A stretch of 64,000 nucleotides of DNA. It comes from Kiritimatiellia bacterium (GTDB lineage: Bacteria; Verrucomicrobiota; Kiritimatiellia; RFP12; UBA1067). The notes beneath the pieces were generated by a model, which was not told the origin of the DNA, searched no databases, and was given only the letters and a program-made list of their open reading frames with translations. Position numbers and translations under genes: made by a program. The DNA lies in the NCBI GenBank assembly GCA_017395505.1, contig JAFPUH010000037.1:59226-123225 (forward strand). Direction: 5' to 3'. Below, one piece after another: positions 1 to 10,082 of this stretch; position 1 is the first letter of the stretch, and each line of letters starts with the position of its first letter.

Positions 1-1927
1 GATGGCGCCGCCGGGCGAGAGCTTCTGGAACTTCGCCTCGATCTCGAGCTTCTTGAACGCATCGATCGGCTCTGTCACGTGGATGTGGTAGGAGTTCGTG
101 ATGTAGTTCTTGTCGGTAACGCCCTTGATGATGCCGAAGCGCTTCTGGAGGCACTTCGCGAACTTGTAGGTCGTGGACTCGAGCGGCGTGCCGTAGAGGG
201 AGTAGTCGATATCCTCGGCGGCCTTCCACTTCGCGGTGTACTCGTTGAGCTTCTGCATGACCTCAAGGCCGAACGCCTCGCCCTCCGGCTCGGTGAGCTT
301 CTTGCCGATCATCGCATAGACGCACTCCCAGAGGCCGGCGTAGCCGAGCGAGATCGTCGAATAGCCGCCGAAGAGCAGCTTGTCGATCTTCTCGCCCTTC
401 TGGAGACGCGCGAGCGCACCGTACTGCCAGAGGATCGGCGCGGCGTCGCTGGACGTGCCTTTCAGGCGCTCGTGGCGGCACTGCAGCGCCTTGTGGCAGA
501 GCTCGCAGCGCTCGCCGAAGATCTCCCAGAACTTCGCCATGTCGCCGTGGGCCGAGAGCGCGATGTCGACGAGGTTGATCGTCACGACGCCCTGGTTGAA
601 GCGGCCGTAGTACTTCGGCTTGCCAGGCTCGTAGTTGCCGGCGTTGGCGACGTTGTTGAAGCCGTTGCCAGAGCGGTCGGGCGTAAGGAACGAGCGGCAG
701 CCCATGCAGGTGTAGGTGTCGCCATGGCCGACCTCTTCACCCTTCGAGAGCTTGTACTCGCGCATCTTCTTCTCGCTGATGTAGTCTGGCACCATGCGCT
801 TCGCGGTGCACTTCGCGGCGAGCTCGGTGAGGTACCAGTAGGGAGTGCCCTCGCGGACGTTCTGCTCCTCCAGTACGTAGATGAGCTTCGGGAAGGCAGG
901 CGTCACATAGACGCCCTGCTCGTTCTTGACGCCGCGGATACGCTCGTTCAAGACCTCCTCGATCACCATGGCGAGGTCCTTGCGCTCTGCCTCGCTCCTC
1001 GCCTCGCCGAGATACATGAAGACAGTCACGAAAGGCGCCTGACCGTTCGTCGTCATGAGGGTGACGACCTGGTACTGGATGGTCTGAACGCCCTTCTGGA
1101 TCTCCTTGCGAACGCGCTTCTCGACGATCGTGTCAAAGGCCTCCTTCGACATCTGGACGCCAGCGAGCTGGCACTCCTCCTCGAAATCCTTGCGGATGGC
1201 CTGACGGGAAATCTCGACGAACGGCGCGAGGTGGGTGAGAGAGATCGACTGGCCGCCGTATTGGTTCGAGGCGACCTGCGCGATGATCTGCGTAGCGATG
1301 TTGCACGCGGTCGAGAACGACTTCGGCTTCTCGATCATCGTGCCGGAGATCACTGTGCCGTTCTGCAGCATGTCCTCGAGGTTGACGAGGTCGCAGTTGT
1401 GCATGTGCTGGGCATAGTAGTCCATATCATGGAAATGTATGATGCCCTCCTTGTGCGCCTGCACTACGTCGGTCGGCAGAAGCAGACGGGCCGCGACATC
1501 CTTCGAGACCTCGCCCGCCATATAGTCGCGCTGCACGGCGTTGATTGTCGGGTTCTTGTTCGAGTTCTCCTGCTTGACGTCCTCGTTGTTGCACTCGATG
1601 AGCGACATGATCTGCTCGTCGGTCGTGTTCGCCTTGCGCTTGAGTTCCTGCTTGTAGCGGTAGACGATGTACTTCTTCGCGATCTCGGTCGCGTTGAACT
1701 CCATGATCTTCGTCTCGACGACGTCCTGAATCTCCTCGACCGTCATAGCGCGGTCGCGAGCCTCGCAGACGCCTGCGACTTCCTCCGCGATGAGCTTGAT
1801 GCGGCCTTCGCTCAGCGCGTTCTTGTAATCCACGGCCTGGCTGGCCTTGCGGATGGCGTTCTCGATCTTGGTGATGTCAAACGGAACCTCCTGGCCGCTC
1901 CGCTTGATGATCTTCATCGCTTTCATG
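1..1927 (-). CDS. nrdD: Anaerobic ribonucleoside-triphosphate reductase (class III RNR), 5' portion; C-terminal end lies beyond the window start
   Basis: Manual minus-strand translation from ATG (rc of 1925-1927) gives MKAMKIIKRSGQEVPFDITKIENAIRKA... (ATP-cone) then ...GHGDTYTCMGCRSF...NYITNSYHIHVTEPIDAF... typical of NrdD. The six-frame track only reports the antisense + ORF 79..1947 because the real ORF runs off the window. Confidence 0.85.
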
Positions 1928-1993
1928 TGTCGTGTTCTCTCTTTTGAGGTTAAGTGTGAAATGTCTTCTGTTGTGGTGTTTGGTATATATCAT

Positions 1994-2009
1994 ACACTAA
2001 ATATTGTAT
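1994..2009. promoter_or_regulatory. NrdR-box-like 16-bp palindrome (ACACTAAATATTGTAT) overlapping the -35/spacer of the nrdD promoter
   Basis: Matches the NrdR operator consensus acaCwAtATaTwGtgt at 13 of 16 positions. It lies directly upstream (minus-strand sense) of TGATATATA (-10-like, about 1984-1992) and about 65 nt from the nrdD ATG. Confidence 0.45.
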
Positions 2010-2086
2010 GTGCGCAAGGGGGAAAATGTAAAAAGTTTTCAACAGGTTGTAGACAATAAATCTACACACCACCATAAATAGTAGAA

Positions 2087-2118
2087 CCCCTAGGGCTGCA
2101 CTACGCATTCCCTAGGGG
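2087..2118 (-). terminator. Hairpin formed by two CCCTAGGG palindromes 14 nt apart, downstream of the galM stop; possible terminator
   Basis: CCCCTAGGG ... CCCTAGGGG inverted repeat, followed on the minus strand by TTCTACTATTTATGG. No clean U-tract. Confidence 0.3.
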
Positions 2119-2151
2119 TTGTGGCGCGCCTATATGCTGCGCGAAGGCCTT

Positions 2152-3249
2152 TTACTTGGCGGAGAAGCGGAACTCCGTCGTCGTGCGGTACGTCTGGCCG
2201 GGCTTGATGAACGTCGTAGGCCACTGCGGCTTGTTCGGCGAGTCGGGCGCGTGCTGCGTCTCGAGCGCGACGCCGCAACGGAACGAGAGGTGCTCGCCAC
2301 CCTTCGCGGTCTGGTCGTAGCTGGCCCAGTTGGCGGTGTAGACCTGCAGGCAGGGCTCGGTCGTCCACACGTCGACGTTGCGTCCGTTCAGCGGACAGTA
2401 AACGCCGCCGGCGTAGATGAGGCCGCCTTTCCCACCGGCCATGATGCCTTCGTCGAGAACCCAGTTGTGGTCGTAGCCCTTGCCGATCTCGAGCTGCTCG
2501 TTGGCCTCGTTGATGCGCTCTCCGATACGCATGCCCTTGCGGAAGTCGAACGGCGTGCCGTCGACCTTCGCGATCTCGCCGGTGGGAATCTGGCCGGGAT
2601 CGGTCGGCGTCACCTGCGAGGCGGCGATCGTCATCACGTGGTCTTCGATCGTTCCGCCAGCTTCGCCCTTGAAGTTGAAGTAGACGTGCTGCGTCATGTT
2701 GATCGGCGTCTCCTTGTCGGGGACTGCCTCGTAGTCGACGCGCCACACGTTGTCCTTCGTGAGCGTGTAGGTTACCTTGACCTCGACCTTTCCGGGGAAG
2801 CCCTCGTCACCGTCGGGAGAGACGTGGGTGAACACCACGCCGACGTCATCGCCGTTTACAAAAGGCTCGGCGCCCCAGACATATGCGTCCCATCCGCGGG
2901 CGCCGCCGTGCAGGTTGCAGCCGATTCCGGCGGGCGCATTGTTGAGCGCGGGCAGTTTGTACTCGACGCCGTTCATGGTGAAGCGTCCGGCACCGATGCG
3001 GTTGCCGTAGCGGCCTATGATGCAGCCCCAGTAGGGGTCGCCGCCATCCCAACCGGCGGGAGAATCGAAGCCGACTACGACATCCTTCATCGCTCCGTCA
3101 CGGTCGGGCGTGAAGAGCCTCACGACCTTGCCGCCGTAGTCGCTGACCTCGAGGACCACCCCGCCTGCGCCGTTCAGGGTGAACTTGCGGGCCTTCTCGC
3201 CGTATTTCGTCGTGCCGAAATCGCTGACCTCGTAGCTTGGCTTGTTCAT
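2152..3249 (-). CDS. galM: Aldose 1-epimerase (galactose mutarotase)
   Basis: 365-aa ORF with mutarotase hallmarks (HGG.RGWD, NHVYFN-like QHVYFNF, C-terminal FRFS). Confidence 0.85.
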   Translation of the reverse strand: MNKPSYEVSDFGTTKYGEKARKFTLNGAGGVVLEVSDYGGKVVRLFTPDRDGAMKDVVVGFDSPAGWDGGDPYWGCIIGRYGNRIGAGRFTMNGVEYKLPALNNAPAGIGCNLHGGARGWDAYVWGAEPFVNGDDVGVVFTHVSPDGDEGFPGKVEVKVTYTLTKDNVWRVDYEAVPDKETPINMTQHVYFNFKGEAGGTIEDHVMTIAASQVTPTDPGQIPTGEIAKVDGTPFDFRKGMRIGERINEANEQLEIGKGYDHNWVLDEGIMAGGKGGLIYAGGVYCPLNGRNVDVWTTEPCLQVYTANWASYDQTAKGGEHLSFRCGVALETQHAPDSPNKPQWPTTFIKPGQTYRTTTEFRFSAK

Positions 3250-3253
3250 TGGA

Positions 3254-3517
3254 CTATTCTCCTTTAGGTTGTTTTCTTCTGCTTGTGACTTCTATGACAT
3301 TCACCTGATTGCGCAACTGCAGCATTATCTGCTCGACGACCCTGCCGCTGCCGTAGACGTCGATCTTCATGCGCGAGACCGTTCCGTCCTCTGTGGGACC
3401 GACGTTGAGCGTCTGTATGTTGTAACCGCGGCCGGATATGAGCCCGACGATGCGCGCTAGCACGCCCGGCTTGTTCTCGACGTAGCAGTTCAGCCTGTAT
3501 ATCTGGTTTTCGCTCAT
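3254..3517 (-). CDS. ilvN: Acetolactate synthase small (regulatory, ACT-domain) subunit, short form
   Basis: 87 aa; NKPGVLARIVGLISGRGYNIQTLNVGPTED matches the IlvH/IlvN ACT domain. Directly downstream of ilvB. Confidence 0.75.
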   Translation of the reverse strand: MSENQIYRLNCYVENKPGVLARIVGLISGRGYNIQTLNVGPTEDGTVSRMKIDVYGSGRVVEQIMLQLRNQVNVIEVTSRRKQPKGE

Positions 3518-3526
3518 CGCCTGACC

Positions 3527-5260
3527 TCAGTTGAAGACCATTTCGCTCACCGGCTTTCCGGCCGGGATCATCGGATACACGTTCGCCCTAGGCTCGACGA
3601 TGACCTCGACTACAGTCGTCTTCGGCGAATTGATCGCCTTGGCGATGGTCGAGTCGAGCTTGGCCGGGTCGATTACGCGGTAGGCCTCGGCGCCGTGGGC
3701 CTCAGCGAGCTTTACGAAGTCTGGCAGGTAGTCGTAGTCGAGATCCTGTTCGAGATGCTCGTTGTTGGGACGCCCCTTCACGGTCAGTATCGAGCCGGAG
3801 TAGTTCTTCTTGTAGAAGAGCTCCTGCCACTGGCGAACCATGCCGAGGCAGCCGTTGTTGATGATGATGAAAGTTACGGGCAGCTTGTGCTCGACGGCGC
3901 AAACGACCTCCTCGAACGTCATCTGGGCTCCACCATCGCCGCATATCGCTACTGTCTTGTGGTCGGGTCTGGCGAACGCCGCGCCAATCGCGGCGGGGAT
4001 GCCGAAACCCATAGTGCCCATTCCGCCGGACGTGAGGAAGTGGCGCGGAATCGAATAGCGGAAATGCTGCGCCGCCCACATCTGGTGCTGGCCTACGTCG
4101 GTAACCACGACCGCCCTTCCCTCGGTCGCCTTGTCCACAGCTTCCATCACTGCCTGCGGCATGATTACGCCAGGGTGCATCTGGCTCCACGAGACGGGAT
4201 GCGACTTCTTCCAGCCGTCGATCTTGGCGATCCATTCAGGATGCGTCGCCGACTTTACGCGCGAAGATACGGTCGTCAGCACGTCCTTCACGTCTGCGAC
4301 GATGCCAAGCGCGACAGCCACGTTCTTGCCTATCGACGCGGGGTCGCAGTCGACATGCACGATCTTCGCATGCGGCGCATACTTAGAGATCTTGCCGGTG
4401 ACGCGATCCGAGAACCTGACGCCAAGTGCGATTATGAGATCGGCCTCATTCATCGCCCAGTTCGCGGCCGGGGTGCCGTGCATACCGGCCATCCTGAGCG
4501 AAAGCGGATCGCGCTCGTCGAAGCTGCCTAGACCCATGAGCGTAGTCGCCACGGGAATCCCCGCCTTGTGCGCGAGGGCCGCCACATCCTTCGCGGCGCC
4601 GCTCGCGACGACTCCGCCACCGGCGTATATCACTGGACGCTTCGCCTCGTTGATCATTCTGGCGAACCTGCTGAGCTGCGCCGAGGTGGCAGCGCTTTCG
4701 GGGTGGTATGCCCTGAGCGACACGCGCTCTGGATACTGCGCCGACGTAAGCGCCTGCTGGCAGTTCTTGGGAATGTCGATCACGACCGGACCTGGCTTGC
4801 CGTGGGTCGCGATGTAGAACGCCTGAGCGACGATCTCGGGTATCTCGTCGGCTGAATGCACGAGGAAGTTGTGCTTGGAGACTGCTCTGGTGACGCCTGT
4901 CGTGTCGGCCTCCTGGAAGGCGTCGGTGCCTATCAGGCTCATCGGCACCTGTCCCGTTATCACGATAAGCGGCACGCCGTCGATGTTCGCCGTGGCAAGG
5001 CCGGTGACGGTGTTGGTCGCTCCTGGACCTGAGGTCACGAGGCATACGCCTGGCTTCCCCGTCGAACGCGCATAGCCGTCGGCCATATGCACGCAACCCT
5101 GCTCGTGGCGGCCCAGCACAAAAAGGAACTTCGCGTCGGGCAGGCAGTTGAATATGTCTAGAGCCTGTCCACCGGGGTAGCCGAACAGAACCTCCGTTCC
5201 TGCCTTCGTGAGCGAATCAACCAGCGCCTGAGCACCGGTACGTGTTTCATTACGGTTCAT
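3527..5260 (-). CDS. ilvB: Acetolactate synthase large subunit (TPP-dependent)
   Basis: 577 aa; N-terminal TPP domain GYPGG, central FAD region, C-terminal TPP motif GDGG...NN. Typical AHAS. Confidence 0.9.
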   Translation of the reverse strand: MNRNETRTGAQALVDSLTKAGTEVLFGYPGGQALDIFNCLPDAKFLFVLGRHEQGCVHMADGYARSTGKPGVCLVTSGPGATNTVTGLATANIDGVPLIVITGQVPMSLIGTDAFQEADTTGVTRAVSKHNFLVHSADEIPEIVAQAFYIATHGKPGPVVIDIPKNCQQALTSAQYPERVSLRAYHPESAATSAQLSRFARMINEAKRPVIYAGGGVVASGAAKDVAALAHKAGIPVATTLMGLGSFDERDPLSLRMAGMHGTPAANWAMNEADLIIALGVRFSDRVTGKISKYAPHAKIVHVDCDPASIGKNVAVALGIVADVKDVLTTVSSRVKSATHPEWIAKIDGWKKSHPVSWSQMHPGVIMPQAVMEAVDKATEGRAVVVTDVGQHQMWAAQHFRYSIPRHFLTSGGMGTMGFGIPAAIGAAFARPDHKTVAICGDGGAQMTFEEVVCAVEHKLPVTFIIINNGCLGMVRQWQELFYKKNYSGSILTVKGRPNNEHLEQDLDYDYLPDFVKLAEAHGAEAYRVIDPAKLDSTIAKAINSPKTTVVEVIVEPRANVYPMIPAGKPVSEMVFN

Positions 5261-5274
5261 CTAATCCAATCGTC

Positions 5275-6837
5275 CTACTCTTCTTGCTTCTCTTCTTCTT
5301 GCTTCTTTTCTTCTGTTTCAGTTCCTTCGCAGCCGCAGTCAAACACGATGTCGGACGCGAGACCTCCGCCGAGCGAGCGGTAGAGGGCTATGAGGTCCAC
5401 CGTTATCTGTCCGCGCGAAACGGCCAGCTCCTCCTCGAGGTTGAGGCGGCTACGCTGCGCATCGAGAACGTTGTTGAAGTCCCTGAGGCCGTTCTTGTAG
5501 AGGTCCTGAGAAATCGTGACGGCATCGGTCGCGGCCTTTACCGCGCTGTTCAGCGCCTGATAGCGATGGTATTCGAGGGTGTAGGCGGAGTAGTTGTCGC
5601 GAACCTCAGCATACGCGCTCTCGAGAGCCAGCTCGTAGTTGAGGCGAGCCTCCTCGACCCTGGCCTCGGCAGCTTTGGTTCTGGCCACGACATTGCCGCC
5701 CTGAAGAAGCGGCCAGGAGATGGACGGGCCGATCGACGCATAGAAGCTGCCGGGCTGCGCGAATTTCGATGCCTGCACCGACTCGAGGCCAAGACCGCCA
5801 GTGATGAAGAGCTTCGGATACCACGCCGACTTGGCCACACCTACGCTCGCTACCTGCGCGGCGAGGGTACGTTCGGCGGCCTTTACGTCGGGACGCGACC
5901 TTATGAGATCCATCGGCAGCTCGGCCACCTTCTGCGGCGACATGAGCCAGTCGCGCCCGGGAACAGGCTTGAGAGTCTCATGCAGCTCGCCCGGAGTCTT
6001 TCCGGCGAGAATCGCAATCGCGTTCTTGAGAGCCTCCTCCTGCGCGAGAAGCTGGGGTATCCTCGCGCGAGTCTGCTCAACGATATAGGCGCACTGGTGC
6101 ACGGCCAGCTCGTCGCCAATGCCGGAGTCGAAGCGCGACTTGAGGATGTCGTATGTCTCGCTCTGCAGCTGAAGGTTGTTGCGGGCGACGGCTATGCGGT
6201 CCTGTATCGTCCTGAGAGTGATGTACTGCTGGCCAAGACGGGTCGTGAGCTCGACCCAAGCCTGTGCGACGCCCCAGCCAGCCGCCTCTGCCTTTGCGAG
6301 AGCCGCCTCGGTTGCGCGACGGTTGCCGCCGAATATGTCGATCTCCCACGACGCGTTGAAGCCGGCGTTGAACACGTCAAGCTGCCTGTGGCGGTATGCA
6401 CCCTGCACGCTGCGGTTGTTGCGGTGTGACTCGGTGCGCGTGGCGCTGCCGTCGATCGAAGCCTTGGGCGAGAACGCCGAAAGCGTGCCGATCATCTCCC
6501 ACTCGGCCTGACGCAGACGGCTGACCGCCGCCTTGAAGCTCAGGTTGTCGGCTATGGCGCACTCGACGAGTTCGGCGAGAACAGGATCGTTCAGCCTCTC
6601 CCACCAGCGGGCCATGAGATCCTCGGAAACTACGACGCGCTCGTCTGCCTCCGCCTCGGCAGTCTTGTACTCGCCGGTGCCGGAGAGCTCTTCGGTCGGA
6701 GAACCCGCGTCAGGCAGGGCGCAGACAGGCGCCTCGACCTCCGGCTCGGTGTAGTCCGGTCCGACGGACGGCAAGTTCATGCACCCCGTTGTGGCCGCAA
6801 GCGAAAAGACCGCAAACCTGTTGAGAACCTTCTTCAT
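5275..6837 (-). CDS. RND efflux outer-membrane factor lipoprotein (NodT/OprM family) with a C-terminal K/E-rich tail
   Basis: 520 aa; signal peptide plus lipobox (LAATTGC); OEP-type repeats; ends ...CEGTETEEKKQEEEKQEE. Confidence 0.9.
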   Translation of the reverse strand: MKKVLNRFAVFSLAATTGCMNLPSVGPDYTEPEVEAPVCALPDAGSPTEELSGTGEYKTAEAEADERVVVSEDLMARWWERLNDPVLAELVECAIADNLSFKAAVSRLRQAEWEMIGTLSAFSPKASIDGSATRTESHRNNRSVQGAYRHRQLDVFNAGFNASWEIDIFGGNRRATEAALAKAEAAGWGVAQAWVELTTRLGQQYITLRTIQDRIAVARNNLQLQSETYDILKSRFDSGIGDELAVHQCAYIVEQTRARIPQLLAQEEALKNAIAILAGKTPGELHETLKPVPGRDWLMSPQKVAELPMDLIRSRPDVKAAERTLAAQVASVGVAKSAWYPKLFITGGLGLESVQASKFAQPGSFYASIGPSISWPLLQGGNVVARTKAAEARVEEARLNYELALESAYAEVRDNYSAYTLEYHRYQALNSAVKAATDAVTISQDLYKNGLRDFNNVLDAQRSRLNLEEELAVSRGQITVDLIALYRSLGGGLASDIVFDCGCEGTETEEKKQEEEKQEE

Positions 6838-6838
6838 G

Positions 6839-9800
6839 TCACTTTACCTCCCTGTCCTTAAGCTGACGGCGACGGTACGCCATCGTGGAAATGTATGCAA
6901 ATACGCGCTTGATGTTCTCGCGCCACGTCTGGAAGAGCGCATACAGCCCCGGCACGAGAAGTATGCCGAACACAACCGACGCGAGCATGCCGAAGAATTC
7001 GGTAGTGCCGAGGTGGTTGCGGCTCGCGGCGCCGGCGCCAGTTGCGAGCATCATCGGCAGCGTGCCGAGAAGCGTCGTAAGAGCAGTCATGAGCAGCGCC
7101 CTCAAGCGTTCGCCGGCGGCGGAGCCGGCGGCATCCACGATCGAGTAGCCCTCGTTCTCGCGCTTGTCCTTGGCGAACTCGACTATGAGAATCGCGTTCT
7201 TCGAGGCCAGACCCACGAGCAGCACGATGCCGAGCTGCGCGTATATCGAAAGCGGATACGGCGAGCCTGTCTGGTAGATGCCGAAGTACTTGAGCCCCAG
7301 AAGCGCACCGAACACCGCGACGAAGATGGAAAGCATCACGGGCAGCGGAATCGTCCAGCTCTCGTACTGAGCCACAAGGAAGAGGTAGCCGAAGAGGATC
7401 GCAAGCGCGATCAGCGCCGCGGCACCACCTTCGTTGCGAGCCTCCTGGAACGAGAGATCCGCCCAGTCGTAGCCGTAGTCGCCAGGCAGCTCCTCGGCGA
7501 AGAGCTTCTTTAGCCGCTCCATCACTGCGCCCGACGCGACGCCCGGCATTGGCTGGATCATCAGCTTGGTCGTCACATACTTGTCGCGGGTGTAGACCGT
7601 TCGAGGTCCGAGCTCGCGTGTTATCGTGCCGAGCGAACCGATCTGGACCATCGCGCCTGTCTCACCGCGCACATAGAGGCGAGAGACAGCCTCGGGCGTC
7701 GCGCGCCCTTCCCAGTCGGACTGTATGGTCACGCGGTTGACCTGGGTGCCCAGGTTGACGTCGTTGACGTAGCGCGAACCGAGGTAGTTCTGAAGCGTGG
7801 TGTATACGGTCGCGACAGGCACCTTGTACATCTCGGCCTTCACGCGGTCGAGGTTGAACCTCAGGTGCGGCGTCACCGCGTTGTAGCCTGAGTACGCCAT
7901 CATGATCTCGGGGAAGACGCTCTTGTCGTTCAGCTTCGCGAGCAGCTTCTTCTGAACCTCCTCGACCTTGAGCGGATCGGCCGAACCCTTGTCCTGGATG
8001 TTCACCGAAATGCCGTTCGCCAGGCCGAGGCCGGGAATCGCCGGCGGCATGAACACCTTCCAGCTGGGCTCAGGAACCGCAGCAAGCGTCTGCATCAGCC
8101 TCTGGACGAGTGCTGCGGCGCTCTGGTCCTTGCCCTTGCGCTCCGACCAGTCGGCCAGGTCTACGATCAGCATGGCCTGGTTTTCGCCTCGGCCGCCGAC
8201 CATCGAGAAGCCGGTGATCGTAAGAACGCTGCGAATCTCCGGAACCTTAAGAAGTATGTCCACCGCCCTGAGCGAAACGTCGCGCGTACGGTCGCGGGTA
8301 GAGCCCTCCGGCATCTCCATCGACGCGAAGACGACGCACTGGTCCTCATCCGGCAGGAATGAGGTCTGGGTGCCGAGGAACATCTGGAGAGTCAGCAGGA
8401 TCGTCAGCACGAGCAGCGCCAGCGCAAGGAATATCCTCGACGCGAGCCACTTCGCGAGGCGTATGAAGAAGCCCTTGAACGCATTGATCACCCAGTTGAA
8501 CCATGCGAGCGGACCATGCTTGTATGGCCTCGCCTCGTGCAGTATGAGCGAGCAGAGGGCAGGCGCGAGCGTAAGCGCGCAGACGGTCGAGAAGCAGACC
8601 GCCGCCGAAAGCGTGACGGAGAACTGCTGGTAGATGCGCCCCGTGATGCCGCTCATGAAGCCGACCGGCACGAAGATGCCGAGCAGCACCAGCGTAGTCG
8701 CGATGACTGCGCTCGTCACATCGCTCATCGCCTGTATAGCCGCCTCCTTGGAGTTGAGCCCGCGGGTTTCGATGAGGTACTGCACGCGCTCGACCACGAC
8801 GATGCAGTCGTCGACGACGACACCGATCGCAAGGATCAGTCCGAACAGGGTGAGAATGTTTATCGAATAGCCCAGCGCCGACATGAGAATGAACGTCGAG
8901 CAGAGCGAAACGGGAATGGTGAGGCAAGGTATAAGCGTCGCGCGCCAGTCCTGCAGGAAGAGGTAGCAGACCAGCACCACGAGCGAGAACGTTATGATGA
9001 GCGTCCAGATGATCTCCTGTATGCAACGCTGCACGTAGTCGGTCGCATCGTATGGGATGACCCACTCGAGATCGTCCGGGAACGACTCGGCGAGGTGGGC
9101 CATCTCGGAGCGGATACGCTTCATCGTGGCTATTGCATTGGCGCCCGGCTTCTGCTGCAGGGCTATCGAAACCGCGTTGCCGCCGTCGAGCTGGCCGGTG
9201 AACATGTAGTTCTGCTCGCCGACTTCGGTGCGGGCGATGTCCTTAAGCCTGACTACGCCGCCGTTGGCGTCGCGCCGGACCACGATCTCGTCGAACTCCT
9301 TGGCGGTCATCAGACGCCCCTTCGCGACGAGCGACATCGTGAACCCCGCATGCTCGCCGGTCGGCGCAGCGCCTACCGAGCCAAGCGACGCCTGTATGTT
9401 CTGCTTGGAGACGGCCGCAATCACCTCTTCGGAGTTCATGCCCTGTGCCGCAAGACGCGCAGGGTCGAGCCACACGCGGACCGACAGCTTCGGCCCGTAG
9501 ACCGTCGCCTCGCCCACGCCGGCCACGCGCAGCAGCACCGGCTGGATGTTGGAGTAGATGTAGTCTGATATCTGAAGGCGGGAAAGCGTGCCGTTCGGCG
9601 ACCTGACCGCGATGAAGCCAAGCATGTCCTCTGACTGCGCGCGGATTCGCCCGCCCAGCTGCTTGACTTCTCCCGGCAGCTTGGCCTCGGCCTGCGCGAC
9701 GCGGTTCTGGACCTTTACCATGTCCATGTCGCGGTCGCTGCCGACCTCGAAGGAAACCGTAAGCGAATACGTACCTTCGTCGCTGCAGCTGCCCGTCATG

Positions 9801-10072
9801 TAGATCATGTCGTCCACGCCGTTCACTTCGTCTTCGATCGGCATGGCCACGGTGTTCAGCACCTCCTTGGCGTTTGCGCCGGGATAGGTGTAGTTGATTG
9901 AGATCGTAGGCGGAGTCAGGCGGGGATACTGCGATACGGGAAGCTTCCAAATCGCCATCACGCCAGACATCGTCAACACGATGGCTATGACCATCGCGAA
10001 CCTGGGACGCTCCACAAACGTCCTGGAGAACGTCTTTATCTGGTCGATGGCGGGTCTGAGGGTGAGTTTCAT
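6839..10072 (-). CDS. RND multidrug efflux transporter (AcrB/MexB family)
   Basis: 1077 aa, 12-TM HAE1-type architecture with conserved N-terminal motifs (FVERPRFAMVIAI...). Confidence 0.95.
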   Translation of the reverse strand: MKLTLRPAIDQIKTFSRTFVERPRFAMVIAIVLTMSGVMAIWKLPVSQYPRLTPPTISINYTYPGANAKEVLNTVAMPIEDEVNGVDDMIYMTGSCSDEGTYSLTVSFEVGSDRDMDMVKVQNRVAQAEAKLPGEVKQLGGRIRAQSEDMLGFIAVRSPNGTLSRLQISDYIYSNIQPVLLRVAGVGEATVYGPKLSVRVWLDPARLAAQGMNSEEVIAAVSKQNIQASLGSVGAAPTGEHAGFTMSLVAKGRLMTAKEFDEIVVRRDANGGVVRLKDIARTEVGEQNYMFTGQLDGGNAVSIALQQKPGANAIATMKRIRSEMAHLAESFPDDLEWVIPYDATDYVQRCIQEIIWTLIITFSLVVLVCYLFLQDWRATLIPCLTIPVSLCSTFILMSALGYSINILTLFGLILAIGVVVDDCIVVVERVQYLIETRGLNSKEAAIQAMSDVTSAVIATTLVLLGIFVPVGFMSGITGRIYQQFSVTLSAAVCFSTVCALTLAPALCSLILHEARPYKHGPLAWFNWVINAFKGFFIRLAKWLASRIFLALALLVLTILLTLQMFLGTQTSFLPDEDQCVVFASMEMPEGSTRDRTRDVSLRAVDILLKVPEIRSVLTITGFSMVGGRGENQAMLIVDLADWSERKGKDQSAAALVQRLMQTLAAVPEPSWKVFMPPAIPGLGLANGISVNIQDKGSADPLKVEEVQKKLLAKLNDKSVFPEIMMAYSGYNAVTPHLRFNLDRVKAEMYKVPVATVYTTLQNYLGSRYVNDVNLGTQVNRVTIQSDWEGRATPEAVSRLYVRGETGAMVQIGSLGTITRELGPRTVYTRDKYVTTKLMIQPMPGVASGAVMERLKKLFAEELPGDYGYDWADLSFQEARNEGGAAALIALAILFGYLFLVAQYESWTIPLPVMLSIFVAVFGALLGLKYFGIYQTGSPYPLSIYAQLGIVLLVGLASKNAILIVEFAKDKRENEGYSIVDAAGSAAGERLRALLMTALTTLLGTLPMMLATGAGAASRNHLGTTEFFGMLASVVFGILLVPGLYALFQTWRENIKRVFAYISTMAYRRRQLKDREVK

Positions 10073-10082
10073 GCGAGGCTCC

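Noticed and set aside
79-1947. 622-aa + strand ORF
   Set aside because: Antisense shadow of nrdD. Its translation is low-complexity Ala/Arg/Leu/Val-rich, typical of the reverse frame of a high-GC gene. The minus strand encodes a bona fide NrdD.
2041-2115. Second NrdR box in the nrdD upstream region
   Set aside because: The palindrome TGTAGA-N7-TCTACA does not match the NrdR consensus, and its spacing to box 1 (about 55 bp) is not the usual 21 or 31-32 bp. It is kept only as an unknown palindrome.
2119-3267. 382-aa + ORF, plus other long alternate-frame ORFs (e.g. 3695..4531, 5242..6429, 8516..9568, 16065..17471, 16067..17929, 28975..30246, 30564..31703, 51487..53166, 53504..57049, 60032..62452)
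   Set aside because: They overlap well-supported genes on the opposite strand or frame. Their Arg/Ala/Gly-rich low-complexity composition is expected from high-GC antisense frames.
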